From positions 2,661,033-2,725,032 of the forward strand of contig NC_068997.1 of assembly GCF_001194135.2 (NCBI RefSeq): DNA of 64,000 bases, in the 5' to 3' direction. The notes under the pieces were generated by a model. The model saw only the letters and a list, made by a program, of their open reading frames with translations, had not been told where the DNA came from and did not search any database. This DNA comes from Octopus bimaculoides (Eukaryota). Of the stretch, positions 11,658 to 24,840 are shown one piece after another; the stretch's first letter is position 1, and the number at the start of each line of letters is the position of its first letter. Made by a program: the position numbers and the translations under genes.

Positions 11658-11850
11658 CACGAGTGTGTACCCTAAAGAAACTGGAATTTCTCAATATTAT
11701 TTCATTCTCTTGGTTTTCCATGCTTACACTTTTATCGCCTTCAAAGTATTCTACATTTGATGCAATGCATCGGTCCAGACGCATTTTCCACTGTTCGAAG
11801 CAGTCTTGGAAATCCGCGAAATGATGCTTTTAACGCCTCTGTCGTGTTCT
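11658..11850 (-). mobile_element. mariner 3' end with TIR
   Basis: RLDRCIASNVEYFEGD C-terminus; TIR cacgagtgtgtaccctaaagaaactggaattt after a (TA)n run; related to 42434-43054. Confidence 0.8.
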
Positions 11851-12023
11851 TTTCACTTCTAGATTTTCAAAAGATTCCATGTATGCATGTATGTATGTAT
11901 GTATGTATGTTATCAATCAGTTTCATTTCTGTATTTCTTGTCCATAGAGAATGAGCCGGACTCTAACATAGATTCAAGGTTCCTTCATTGGAACTTTTAT
12001 CAACATCATCTAGGTATTTGTGC

Positions 12024-12061
<38 letters not shown>

Positions 12062-13679
12062 TTTGGTGTTAGTGTATGCGCAGATTTGTATGTTTGTTTT
12101 ATGGATGCGTTTTTATGCATATATTTTCATGTCTAGATGCATGCATATGTATTTATGTGCTAAATTTTTGGAAAGTTTTACATATCTTTACAATTCCATT
12201 GATGGCTTGAATCTGTAGTCTTCTAATCAGCCTTTTTCTTTCAGGTTTTAAGAACCCTAATTTTTCCAGGTTTTTGTTGAGGCAGTTCATTGTATGTATG
12301 TATGTATGTATGTATGTATGTATGTTTGTATGTATGTATGCATGTATGCATGTATGTATGATTGTATGTTTATATACGTGCACAAATTCAGACACGCATA
12401 TATGCAAAAAAATTCTACGAGTTAAAACTTACTCGAAGTTCCTTTATATTGTGTATCAGTTGTTTCCTTTTTTCGTTTAATATTTCACGGTGTAAATTCA
12501 AGTCGTAGCCCCAAATAATTCATGATTCCTATGAACTTTTGTTGAGCACTTTTGTTGAGCACTTTTGTTAAATATATCACGCTACAAGTAATTGTAATTT
12601 GCCCAGTGCAATACGACTTTTTATATGTGCGTGCGTCTTTATGTATATGTAAATATGTGTGTATGTATGTGTGTTTGTGCGTATTATGTAAATCTAAAAA
12701 TTAAATTCTTCCCAAGGATGTCTATTTTAAGAACTTTTAATAATTAGCCTGTCGTGATCAGGATTATAGTTTTAATTAAACACGAAACCAATTTCATTAG
12801 CAGCAGAATCTGAGATATTTCCTATCCAGTTCCTGATTATTTATTCTACGGATCCTTACTTCTTCTACACATGCACACGTATCCTTAAGGGACTATTTTT
12901 TCCAGCGTTCCGTGCTACACTGCATCTAAATAACCTTATTCATGACATCGAAACGAATCAAGTCAATTGATACGTTTTACTGTACGCTTCAAAACGTGGA
13001 TATACACGGTGTATGTTTGGAATCGAACTCGTCTTTGTAGTAAACATTCTGCACATTTAGAATGCTAAAATGTTCTTAATTCGCTAAATCATTTATAGTT
13101 TGGTCAAAGTTTCGGCTGTCGCAACACCTTCGAATGTGTGAAGCGAATTATCGCTCGACTATAATCACCCGCCATTTGTCTTTTATGATGCCGTTCCTCT
13201 AATTACAATCACCTGTACACTGCAAGGCGATAGAATTGGTTTTGTAAATTCTTTGTTGTGTTGTTTGTTCTCTATTTCTTTAATGAGAGAATACCATTCG
13301 TTTGACTCTAACGATATGATTTAGTAAATAGAAAGAGGAAATTTACGCCAAGATGCCTGAAGACTCCGGTTTAAGATAGATTTTTACAACAAATAATCTC
13401 TTTATATAATAAAAACACTTTTTATATTTTTGTTTCATGTTTAGAGCAAGATCACAAGAAAGTTTGACTGATTCCTCCTTATTTCAAAGTCGAAATTCAT
13501 TCGTCATTCTTTACCCAAATAACAATTTAAATCGTCAATTAACACGAGACCATTGTTAATTAACTTCGAAATTTGTTATTGAAATAAGTTACTGTAAGTT
13601 TTATTGTTGTTGTGACTTCAATAAAAACATTAAATTCCTGAAATGCATTGTTTCTACTTTTGTTTCATTTCCTTATCCT

Positions 13680-14010
13680 TAGCATCATCGACTTCCAGTA
13701 TTCATAGATTCATATATCAATTGTTATCGGGTTCTAATTCCCTTCTTCCGATAGGTTTATGTTGTTAAAATGTCCCTCCTCTCGTTTTCGTACAATAAAT
13801 TCCATTCCAAAATCTCCACTCAACACACCTTTGCTCTATAACAACTGAATTGATCTCGTCTGTTGATTTTCGAATATCTTTCTGTCGCTGATGATATAAA
13901 GCATGATATAAGGCATGAGGACAGGTATATTCTTCTTTGGTAGAGCTCTCAAGTTTCACTTGAAAATGAAATTGAGAGTGGAGAGCTATGTGCTGTCCTC
14001 GAGTGAGTTT
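13680..14010 (-). mobile_element. Highly decayed RLE-type LINE RT fragment
   Basis: Across frames: HALYISDRKIF / KSTDEINSVV / SGDFGMEF, resembling HLLYMDDLK..IDSL..V..FS.DIGMEFG. Confidence 0.5.
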
Positions 14011-14289
14011 ATTAACAGGTAACTGAAAGTTGTGAAAATGGCAAGAGTGCAGACCTGTGAGTTGGAGAGTGCACTTGCTCCTGGGGTTTCACGGAAATCT
14101 CGGACAGTGGAGTTCCTCAATTATCCCTAGAGGTCTTCCTGTATCAGGAGGGCCACATCTCCATCATCCTCCCCGCCACATTTTTCTTTTTGAAACCTTT
14201 GTATGCTATGCATATGTCCCTTCTTTTTCAGTGTATACCGTGAATACTTAATTTCTTTCTTTCCGTTTTGTTTTATCATTTCATTATAT

Positions 14290-14361
14290 GTAAACTCCAA
14301 CACTTTATGTCTGTCTTTGTATTGTCCTCCTTATCTTTGACCCTTGCAGCAAATAAATGAA

Positions 14362-14362
<1 letters not shown>
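14290..14362 (+). mobile_element. SINE B type-1-like tail remnant ending in (TTA)n
   Basis: ctttatgtctgtctttgtattgtcctcc..gacccttgcagcaaataaatgaag resembles the tail at 8641-8695. Confidence 0.5.
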
Positions 14363-14425
<63 letters not shown>

Positions 14426-14426
<1 letters not shown>

Positions 14427-14970
14427 GTGAGAGAGCAGCACATACCATTAAAGTGGCACTGGGGCACAAATATACGAAGCTCATTATACCCATCATGACC
14501 ATCCGTCTGATGAGGGTACACCAAACACATGCATCATAACCATATGTGCGCAACATGGTGATCTTATATCAAGATAGACAGTGCATGACCTTGCAGGTGG
14601 GACCCAGTTAGAATTTTCTTCTGGTCGAGTAGCTCATCCCATTCAAAGGTCCCCGAATGAGGGTTGTTTAAGGATGTTGAATGAAACACCTATGTTTCCA
14701 GGAGCGAATTATTCAAATTCCAAAGAATTTCTCTCAACACACGGGTATGACGTTCCACCACCACCACCTCTGTTTGTGATCAGAGATGCACTAAGAGACT
14801 TGCTCAACTGGTTAAGGTCATACAAATGACAAGTACATCTGTGGTATTGGGCAGAATATTTTCTGTGGCTCATCTTTTACACTAAAACAAAACAACGTAC
14901 ATGATAAAACTTCCAATCAATTAAGATCAGAAACCATGAGAGCCACTGCCTGGCACTCGCATCACGGCAC
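14426..14970 (-). mobile_element. Orphan ~545-bp AAT-flanked element (family X), full-length copy
   Basis: Reverse complement aligns along its length to 53784-54351 and 52976-53277; microsatellite on both sides. Confidence 0.85.
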
Positions 14971-14978
14971 TGTTGTTG

Positions 14979-15048
<70 letters not shown>

Positions 15049-15072
15049 CATTATTATTATTATTATTATTTA

Positions 15073-17811
15073 TTGCCTTTGCACNNNNNNNNNNNNNNNN
15101 NNNNNNNNNNNNNNNNNNNNNNNNNNNNNNNNNNNNNNNNNNNNNNNNNNNNNNNNNNNNNNNNNNNNNNNNNNNNNNNNNNNNNNNNNNNNNNNNNNNN
15201 NNNNNNNNNNNNNNNNNNNNNNNNNNNNATGTACTTCTCAAGATTTTTACTCACTGGTCCCAGGGCTCCGACAATTATTGCTACTACTACCACTTTTTTC
15301 AGCGACCACAACTGCTTAACCTCCCAAGCTAACCTGTCATATCTATCGACTTTTCTGTCTTCCTTATCACATACCTTGTTGTCAGTTGGGCATGCTATAT
15401 CTATGATCCAGATTTTGGTCCAATCTAAAGTTCCAACTTCATATTTGATTAGGAGTACTGCTCTTGCATGTGTTGTTTCTGTAACATTTAAAAAATCCAA
15501 CTTTGTAATATTTTTCTCAATCTCCTTGTACGCTCTCTACTGGTAATTTGTTTTATCGCTTTATGTCTTATTTTATCCGCCTCCAGGATCCCCGAATACC
15601 CATACCACTGTCCTTTCTTATCTTCTTTTATTGTTTGCCCATTTGATATTTCTATTTCCTGGCTTCCTTCTAATCTTTCTCGTTTCATTATCAATATAGC
15701 ACATTTTTCAATCCCAAATTCCATACCTACATCATTTGAGAAAATGCGAACAGCATGTACAAGACTTTCAAGCTGCCTCTCGTTTATCGTATAAAAATTT
15801 ATATTATTCATAAAAAGGAGAGTTCATCTGACCATATCCTTTATTCAAATCATAAGCTACTTTAAATTCTCGTAACATCAAACTTAGCGGTATCATGGCC
15901 AATAAAAATATTAATGGAGGCAAGCTTTAAATATACTACTTTCTCAAATCTTTGTTTTCTTTCAATCAGTTCAGTATTTCAATGTTTTATACTTTAATTA
16001 TCCATTTTCTCCCTATTTTATTCCACTTCAAAGATGTTCATTGTTTTACTTAACTGTACGGTACCATACCGTATACTTTTGTTTAATCCAACTAAACTAC
16101 ATTCAATTCTGTCAGTCTGCGTCTACAATTTCTAATATTTTTATCAACTAATGACTGGTCTTTAGTCACCTTACTTTGCTTCCTGAATGCTTTTTGTTTG
16201 TTCTACTAGAAATAGATTGCTACTTTCCAAATGATTATATAATTTTTGCCAAAACACCGGACATGAGCTTCCACATAAGGGGTAAACAAGTTATAGATCG
16301 AAAATTTGATATCAATTTACCATTCAAGAGTTCCTTGGGACATAACCAACATTCGTCCACTTGTTATCCAGGTAGGGATGTGTCCCTGCTGCAGATATTC
16401 ATCCAGGTGTGCTGCAATCCTTTCTTCAGCCATTAACCTTGTACTTCATCCGGGCCAGGTCCTTTTTAATTTGCTATTTTTTAAACTTCAGTCTCACTAA
16501 ATGCAGATCATTTCTGACATCCTTTTGTCTTGGTATATTTGCAAGTTGTTCTCCACCTATGTTAGCCACTCTGCACTTTCCTTATGTCTCACTGGACTGT
16601 TTCAAAGTTCTTACTTTCGCATCAAGAACCACTTCCTAATGTTGTTTCCCACTGTATCCTTTAAAAGACGCTTTCTACTTGATTGAAACAATGTATTCGG
16701 TTCAAAATCTTTGCATCTAGCACCATATCATTTCAATTTGGCTTTTAACGCCGTCACCTCTTATTTGCTTGCTCCTTTCTTCTTACCCGTACTGTCCATT
16801 CAATTTTCTGATTACTATTTCATTCTTTCAGCTCTCTTTTCATTATTCTATTCAGTTGCCCCAATTCTTTCCGTGTCTTTTCTAGTTTCATTTGCATTAT
16901 TTCCCTCCCGTCAGCGTCTTTCTTTTCATTCTCCGTCTTTCCTTCAACAGTTTTCTGCTTTTATCCTATTATGTCAGTTACAACATTAGCAGCAGTTATG
17001 ATTTCTTGATTTCTTCCGCTAATGTTCTCTGTTTTAACTAAACGCAGAATGCCATTTACTTTGCCTGTGGCTCTCTTTACTTTTCCTCTGTCCATATGCC
17101 TTACATTTGGTGACACTTCATTGTTTACACCACACATTTTACCTCGCAGCATTTCAAGAATCCTCTTCTCTTCATCTTTCAACTCTTGTGAAACATTTAC
17201 AGTCACTTGTCCAACTTGTTCATCTTCACTATTTACTTCATCAGCAATCTCAGGCACATAGTGATTTAAAAAATTTTCATTTTCTTTATCACTATCTCTT
17301 TCTACCACTGTTGTTTCACTCCCTTCCTGTTCATTTTTTATTCTTCTTTAAATTTCTTCAACTTCTAATCCTGCAATTCAATCCTAAATTGCCTTTGCCT
17401 GATCTATCAATCGTTGGGTGGAAGCTTCACAAATCCTTTTTCATCCCATATTCTCTTCATTCATCTCGTGTGAAATCTCTTTTAATTGGCTCACTTTTTT
17501 CAGTCACAATCTTGTTCACCTCTTTTTCCCATTTCATTTTCTCCCCTTTGCACTTTTCACTTTGATTCTGGTCCGGATCAAAGGCTTGATGACGATCTGC
17601 TGGACCTTGATCAGACACACCTTGCTTGCCGAGCACGACACCTTCCTTGATAACAGTTCCGGTTTCGATAACGCAGTTATGATTTTTATTTAAATTTGAT
17701 ATCACTCATTTTGCGATAGCATTCGCAAGGTTGTACAATCACCAGCATTTTTATCGTGACACCATCAATAGGCTGATTGCCAACCAAGGCTCAGAGAGTT
17801 CACGCATACCC
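15073..17811 (-). mobile_element. R4/Dong-like RLE non-LTR retrotransposon, near full length, decayed and internally deleted
   Basis: Ordered motifs: KWEKEVNKIV..QRLIDQA (N-terminus), DRGKVKRATGKVNGIL..TENIS, GPDEVQG, FRSITCLPLMWKL, TKDQSLVDK, RIFSNDVGMEFGIEKCA, then RLE domain IIDIACP.D..KVDRYDRLAWEVKQLW..VAIIVGALG. 5' flank ttaataata; 3' end followed by (AAT)n. Includes a 144-nt gap. Confidence 0.88.
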
Positions 17812-18399
17812 TATTATTAAGTTTATTGTGGTGTTTGTTATATTACACTTCAAAGATAGCGCCGATTGATATGAAAACAAAATGTTTTTCTGGGTGAAAA
17901 GTAGAAGTTAATGTTTTTAAATAAAAGAAGTAAATGGATCTAAATGAGACTAATTGTTTCAACCTATCATGAAGAAAGGCATAATCGCCACAAAATCCCG
18001 ATTACATGCGAATCGAATTGCGTGTGGTGTGTATTAATGTCTCATCTACGCATTCTTTTAGCTCAACTTCACAATGATTGAACATATTCCCAAATTGAAT
18101 ATTATACCTCTACCCACCTCTCTATTTATTGTTCATTATTTTACTATCATCATCGACCTTTTTTATCGGAATTTCATTGTTTAGGACAACATTACAACTT
18201 GTGCCTCACTTATGACAAAATAGAAAACACTTTTACATTCATTTCGACACATTGTTTCATTACAAATTATATTCTCCCTTTATATTAAAACAGCCTTCAC
18301 CATGGAACGAAATCAAAAACTTGACGCATCACAGAAATATAACAAAACAAAACAAGCGAAGAACTAGAAAGCAGGAAATAAGAGAATGTTGAAGATAAA

Positions 18400-18730
18400 C
18401 GAACGGATCACGAGAGCCAACGTGATTGAGCTGGAAAAGACAGGATATCTATGATATTGAAGGGGAAGACCAGCAAATATGGAGAAAGAAAACATGGACG
18501 ATGAACAGCGTGATTATAAGGGAGAAGACTGAAGGTGTGTGGGGGTGGGGGATTAAGTGTGATGAAATAACTTGATAGACGAATAATGGTCAGAATGTGA
18601 GAAATGATTGTAGGAAGGAATCGAATGGAACGGCGAGAAAACAACAGTTGTTTTAATTGAGAAATTGTCAGGGAAGAGAATATTGTCATGGATGATTTGG
18701 TGCCTCTTTGATAAAACATTAGAATGAAGA
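18400..18730 (-). mobile_element. Possible Penelope-like element fragment (RT to GIY-YIG linker)
   Basis: SKRHQIIHDNILFPDNFSIKTTVVFSPFHSI..NHFSHS loosely resembles the PLE linker; several stops. Confidence 0.4.
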
Positions 18731-20029
18731 AATGTAAATTGAATTATAGAGCGTCAGAGAAATGGATAGTTGCTGTTTTCGTTGTGATTTTTTGAAATTC
18801 AGGAATAAACTTCTAACCTGAGGCCATAATGGCTAAGTGGGAATTCCACCTCTGCAACCTTATTTTGAAGATATGGAAAGATTCTTCGATGCGAATAACG
18901 AGGAAACTAATAATTCCAGGAAAAATATCCGAAAGAATAACTATGTAGTTCCCTTTGTTTCCCCTGAAAGGAAAATAGAAGGTTACTTCGTGTATATGAA
19001 AACAAATAGTTGTGGTATATAATTTTCCTGCATTTTCGTTCAATAAGACAGAAAATAGATCTTGTAGATAAAATAAGCCAAACAGTAGTTCTATCTTGTA
19101 GATAACATAATGCAAACAGTAATTCTACCACAACTGGTTTGGAAATACAGATTTAATACCAAATTTCAACTTGGAATATTCTAAACATTAATTTGCCGCT
19201 TCAAGTTAAAGTTTACCTGAATACGTTTGCAAATGCTGATGGAATTCTTCATGTTTTAGCAAGTCAATGTGCAAAGAAAACGCTTGGTAAAAATAATTCT
19301 TGATAAAAGAAAACAACAACAACAACGACGACGACGACGACAATAAACGGAGAAAACTGTGTGAAGTCAAATACGATTCATCTTCAGAATATGGAAGATT
19401 TAATATGGATGCCATTTTCAAATGTTGCCAGAGTTCAAATATATTCACCGAAAACGGTCTGTGAAGAAATTTCTTAAACAATAATTGGACGTGATTGTGT
19501 CTGTGTGAGAGAAAATCGCTTCTATGAAGGTGTGTGTGCTTGTAAGAAGAGATAAGTGTTTGTGAACATATTTTTCTTATAGCGTGTGTTTACGAGGGTA
19601 GGTTTATCTTGTGTATAAAAGGATTTTCTTTGCATAATACTGGACGTGTATCTCTAACAGCAAATTTTCCAGTGTGTAGAGAGCCACCAACTCGAACGCA
19701 ACGTTACGATTCCTTTCATCTGTTATGTGAGAGAGAAATGAGAGTGTAATTAAGGGAGAGAACTGTTATTATACTGTGTTACTGTGGTGTAGAGAGAAAC
19801 TTATCGCTACTGAGATGATTTTTCCTGGTCATTCATCTATTTTGGTAGAAGCATGAAGAAACTTCCGGATATGCATAAGTGACAATCTATCGTTTGCACT
19901 GTGTATCACGATTTTTGTCCTTGGGTAGCGAGTGTAATTTCCAATTTGTTTACCTCTAGAAAGTATGAAAGATGGTTAACATTTCCTTCAAACTTTGCTT
20001 TTGTTACATTTAATTGAAACTCCAAAGAA

Positions 20030-20185
20030 TCCTTCTCAGCACATGGCTATGATGCTCGCCACCCCACTATTCCTGATCATGATCAGAGATACACGTATTA
20101 TCAGCCACTAAGGGACATGCTCAAGTAGTTAAGGTCAGATTTTAAAAGCAAATCTGTGGTATTGAGCAGATTATTTGCTATAACG
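20030..20185 (-). mobile_element. Family X internal fragment, diverged
   Basis: cacatggctatgatgct..cagccactaagggacatgctcaa..gcaaatctgtggtattgagcaga matches the reverse complement of 53945-54085. Confidence 0.8.
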
Positions 20186-20466
20186 ATATTTCTGCTTCAG
20201 CAACTCAACGCTGAATCTGTCTGAAATGTAATGGAAAATAGGTCAATTTCAAACATTGATGGTTACCAAGGTTACCAAGGCAAAGTTTGAAGGGAAGAGT
20301 AATTACTTCCTTTGATTTCTAAATCGGCAAATAAGGAAATCACACTTACTAACCAAAGACAAAAAAAAGAAAGAAAAAAAGATAAAAGAAAAAATGTTAC
20401 ACAGTATTAGTAAAGAGAAGAGTTAATGTTGCTTGAAGCATTGCACGTGATTAAAAGACCCTTCTG

Positions 20467-20723
20467 CAGTGCTTCTCAGCCTGGGTCCATAAGATCCTTG
20501 GGAGTCCACAGAAAAGTTGCTTGTTAAAATTTATGTACCTTAAAATGATTATACACGAAATGTAATACACGAAATGGTTTAACAGTTTTCTAATACAGTT
20601 CCTCAAAATATTTAATTATAAAAATATATCAGGACTTTTTTAAACACCAAAGGTTATGAGACTCTACCCGAGTAAAATAGGAATCAAGAGGGAGCAGAGG
20701 CAAAAGATGCTTGAGAACCCTTA
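20467..20723. mobile_element. hAT-type MITE, ~257 bp
   Basis: Imperfect TIRs cagtgcttctcagc / gcttgagaaccctta; no matching 8-bp TSD seen. Confidence 0.7.
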
Positions 20724-21623
20724 CTCTAATGCATTGAGGTAACAGAATGGAAATTGTTATATCGTCAGTGACGATATATGATGCGCGCGCGCGCATGTGG
20801 GTGTGTAACAATATATCACAATGCCAAATATAACCGTATAACAATAAGAGAGCTGGTTATCTTATTATACCCGTTCGTACAATAACAATCCAATACCCCA
20901 ACACAGTCAATAACGAGACTAACGCTCTCACAGTTCGACCCCCAACTGTCTACTGGCTCATCTGTTTAGAAGACTCGTCCAGTCCCCTGACAGTCACATG
21001 CAGGGGTGTGAGTTCACTCCATAACAGAAATATAACACCCATACAATGGAGCGGAGGTTCTAAAACCCAAATTGTATCAGTGACCGATAGAATCCTAACC
21101 ATGGAACCGACTTGTCCTCTACAATCATTGTATTGGTGACTGATAAAGATCTCAGCTATGGAATCGAGGGAGTTTATTAATTTTGAATTCAAGGATAAAT
21201 ACATCATTCTACTTCTCTGATGAATTCAGAAAAATCATCACCCAGCTTTCGTAAACTTTATTCATGATGCTAAGGAAGCTGCGTAATATCAGATAGAAGC
21301 ATCTTAGAACTCAGATGACTAATGTGGTGAACGCAATGCAAGAATAAGAAATTATGATTATTCACTATCTATACGTTAACAATGTCCATCAGGTTAAAAA
21401 AGCCTGAGGTGACCGTGGTCTTTTCCGTAGGCTTTTCTCTCCACGGATAAACCTAATCTGTTCCCCGTTTTTTACATCGACTGTGATACACGATCCCTAT
21501 TGATCGCCCCCCCCCCACGTTTTTTTTNNNNNNNNNNNNNNNNNNNNNNNNNNNNNNNNNNNNNNNNNNNNNNNNNNNNNNNTTTAGCCCTGTGTGGCTA
21601 TAATAACAAGATATCTATCTATA

Positions 21624-21668
<45 letters not shown>

Positions 21669-21859
21669 GTCAGCCTGTCTGTCTGCCTGCCTGACTGTCT
21701 GTCTGTCCGTCCGTCTGTCTGTCTGTCTATCGGTCTGCCTACGTATTTGCCCTAACCATTCAGTCATCGGTGGTGGTGGCTATTTATCATTATCGCTAGA
21801 AACCGTTATTTTAGAAATATGAGAAATAAAAGACCAAAAAATATTGTTTACATGTAAAA

Positions 21860-22409
21860 TTTTGCCATGATGATGATTATGATGATGATGATGATGATTA
21901 TGATGATGATGAAGATGATGATGATGATGAGGATGATGATGATAAGGATGACGGTGTTGGAGTTAGTGGTGCCAGGTAGCTCAGATAGAAAGTTATGTAA
22001 GTCGGATGATGGAAGCGGTTATAAATGGACGTAGATCACGTTAGCCGTGGTGGTGGCGGTGGTGGTGGTGGTGGCGGCTGTGTTATTGGTTTTGGTGGAG
22101 TCGTGGGGTGATGGAAGTTTGAGGTGATATGTGGCAGGTTGGGAAGAAGGAGGAGAGTGTGTGGTTAGCGGGGAGTTGTTTTAAGCCTGATGAGAAAATT
22201 AACATGACAAGTCTTGTCAGATTAAAAGTTTAGTTAAAATAAGAAACTACCACAAGAGGAAACTTCATCGTCGTCGTCGTCGTCATCATCATCATCATCA
22301 TCATCATCAACATCATCAACATCATCAACATTATTATTATTATTGTTATTGTTGTTGTTGTTTTTATTATTATTTATTATTATTATTACTATTACTGTTG
22401 TTGTTATTG

Positions 22410-22464
<55 letters not shown>

Positions 22465-22465
22465 C
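21860..22465. repeat. Cluster of (GAT)n, (GGT)n, (CAT)n and (ATT)n trinucleotide repeats
   Basis: Directly visible. Confidence 0.9.
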
Positions 22466-23199
22466 TGCTGCAGAGTTTTTATGGTTGTCAGTCATTAATA
22501 AGATAACTATTATCAATAAACCTGTTGGTTGAGCGACAACTTAAAAATACAAACATCAACTCAAGAACGATGTTGAAGATTATAAAAAAAATATGGTTTT
22601 AACAAGGAAAATATTGATTTCTCTTTTGTTACAATACCTGATTAATGGCTCTATCTATCTATGTGTCTTGCGGAGAGATTCGTCCTTTCTTGCATTCAAC
22701 GGGTTTTAATCTACTATCTATTACTCAGTTTGCTATGGATGCACATCGTTAAGAAAGACATCTTTGATAATAAGCGGCAAGGTTAACCAGAACGTCTGCG
22801 TAAAGTTTAGTGTCCCTACAAAAGAGCTACGTTTATTGATATTATCAAAGTAATCATTACCTGATCTGTTGGATCATTATTATTGCATATCAACAGTAAT
22901 TTTCAAAACAATATTTTATGGTTTTGTCATTGGAGAAATTAATGATGACTTTCAGGGCTTCCTCGACCGGTGAGAAGGAAGAGATGAGATGAGGTTATTC
23001 TCAGATTGGGCTCCTGGCCTCAGTGTTTATCAAAGAGGGGATTCCACTAAAGACATTGAAGGACCATATGTTTTAGTCCTAACAGCCAATTCACTAAAAC
23101 AACCAGGAACACCCAATGATCCCCAACGACCAGGTAGTGATATTACACAGGTAGATGTATTATGTCGACCACTGTAATGGTAGTCATAGTTATTAGCGA

Positions 23200-23350
23200 C
23201 GAATTTACGTTTCCGTCAACAAAAGTCCACTCACAACGTTTTGTTTGATTTTCGGCTACAATAGAAGATAAATGTCCATGGTGCAGTGTAGTAGGCTTGA
23301 AACCGAACCTATGTCGTGGGACTTCAGTTCTTAACCACAAGGCCATGCAT
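23200..23350 (-). mobile_element. SINE family A, 5' part, diverged
   Basis: gtttccgtcaacaaaagtccactcacaa..ggctacaatagaaga resembles 46725-46860. Confidence 0.6.
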
Positions 23351-24663
23351 TCGCCAATTATCTGAGTTCAAATCTTGCTAGGAGCGATGTATTCTTTAGT
23401 CTTTCTGGGGTCGGTGAAATTATCCACGGTGATATCCTGATCATCATCACCCGGTCCTATAACAAATTCTACTCAATTGATTTTCCATTCGGATACAAAT
23501 TCCATTCAAATTCTTCGATAAAATATATTTGTTTCCTCTCCTCCAACTGATATCTTTAATATACCTGAACCCTCATCCGCTCCAGCATGAAACTCCAACC
23601 AATCCTTCCTTTTCAATATCTCCCTCTAAAAGTCATCTCCCCTACTTACATATTTGTGACGGATGTTAAAACTATACATCAACAGCACCATTCACAAGCA
23701 GACGACACAACCTTTACAAGGTTACTCAAGCTTTTAGAACTTGTAGCAAAACCTCTTCCAAATAACATCCAACTTATTTAAAATCGAAGATAGCAACAAG
23801 ACATAGTTTTATGTATTTTATGTCTAAATACTTACCTCAATCTTACCTCAAATGTTTGCCTAAACTTTATAACTCCACTTCACCACGCTGGGAAGTCATA
23901 CAGAAGTCATGGACGATGTTTGTCCATTCCTTCTACTGTGTTTTATAAATCAAATAAACTTCACTTCATTGTTTCACAGCCAGTAAGAAGAGGCATCCAT
24001 TATAATTATATGGAATTGACAGAAAAAGAGAAAAATAAAGAAATGCTAATTAATTAGTCGTTTGTTTGATTATGTTATCATCGCTTCCTAATTAGCGGAG
24101 TATTATTAATTGTTTAATAGTTTATTATCACCGTCCATTAATTGTTTACGAAATAGCGTCCATCTTGAATAATAGATATGAACACATGAATAGAAAGACA
24201 CACCCATCCTCATGCATGGATACATATATATGTACATGCATGCAAATATACGTGCATGGACACATGTATGTAATATACATGTGTGTACATGTGTATATGC
24301 ATATATGAATATGTGTATATGTATATACATGTTCACACGCACACATAAATGCATTTATATATATACATAAATATATATGTACGCACGCACACACACACAC
24401 AATTTCAAAGTAACTAGCAACCTGCTATTTACTATTTATTTATTTTTTTCAAACACGAAGTAAACAAATATTTGTATAAAGATTTATTCTGAAGACATGG
24501 CGGACTATAAAAGATAACAGGCAACTGTATCCGTGAGGAAGAGGGGGGACAGGAGGAGAGGGAACAGAGAGAGTGAGAGAGAGGATGGGGAGGAGAGGAA
24601 TAAAAGAGGGGTAAGTGGGAGTGAAGGACGAGGTGGAAGATGAAAGAAGGGGAGTGGGAGGAC

Positions 24664-24696
24664 GAGAAGAAGAAGAAGAAGAAGAAGAAGAAGAAG

Positions 24697-24727
<31 letters not shown>

Positions 24728-24840
24728 GGAGGAAGAAGAAGAAGAAGAGGGAAGAAGAAGAAGAAGAAGGAGGAGGAGGAGGAGAAGAAGAAGGAGAAGA
24801 AGAAGAAGAAGAAGAAGAAGAAGAAGAAGAAGAAGAAGAA
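24664..24840 (+). repeat. (GAA)n/(GGA)n purine tract
   Basis: Directly visible; source of the poly-E/K/R ORFs. Confidence 0.95.

Noticed and set aside
12534-12568. 13-bp tandem (acttttgttgagc) and similar short duplications at 20270 and 59875
   Set aside because: Ordinary slippage duplications; no spacers, so not CRISPR-like.
17740-17820. HDV-like ribozyme at the 5' end of the Dong-like element
   Set aside because: Local pairings exist (GGTTG/CAGCC, CGTGA/TCACG) but I could not arrange them in the P1-P2-P3-P4 nested order; an Infernal search would settle it.
23460-23790. Possible RTE-type LINE remnant (similarly faint RT-like traces at 20950-21200 and 51900-52150)
   Set aside because: Similarity is too faint to support by eye; needs a profile search.
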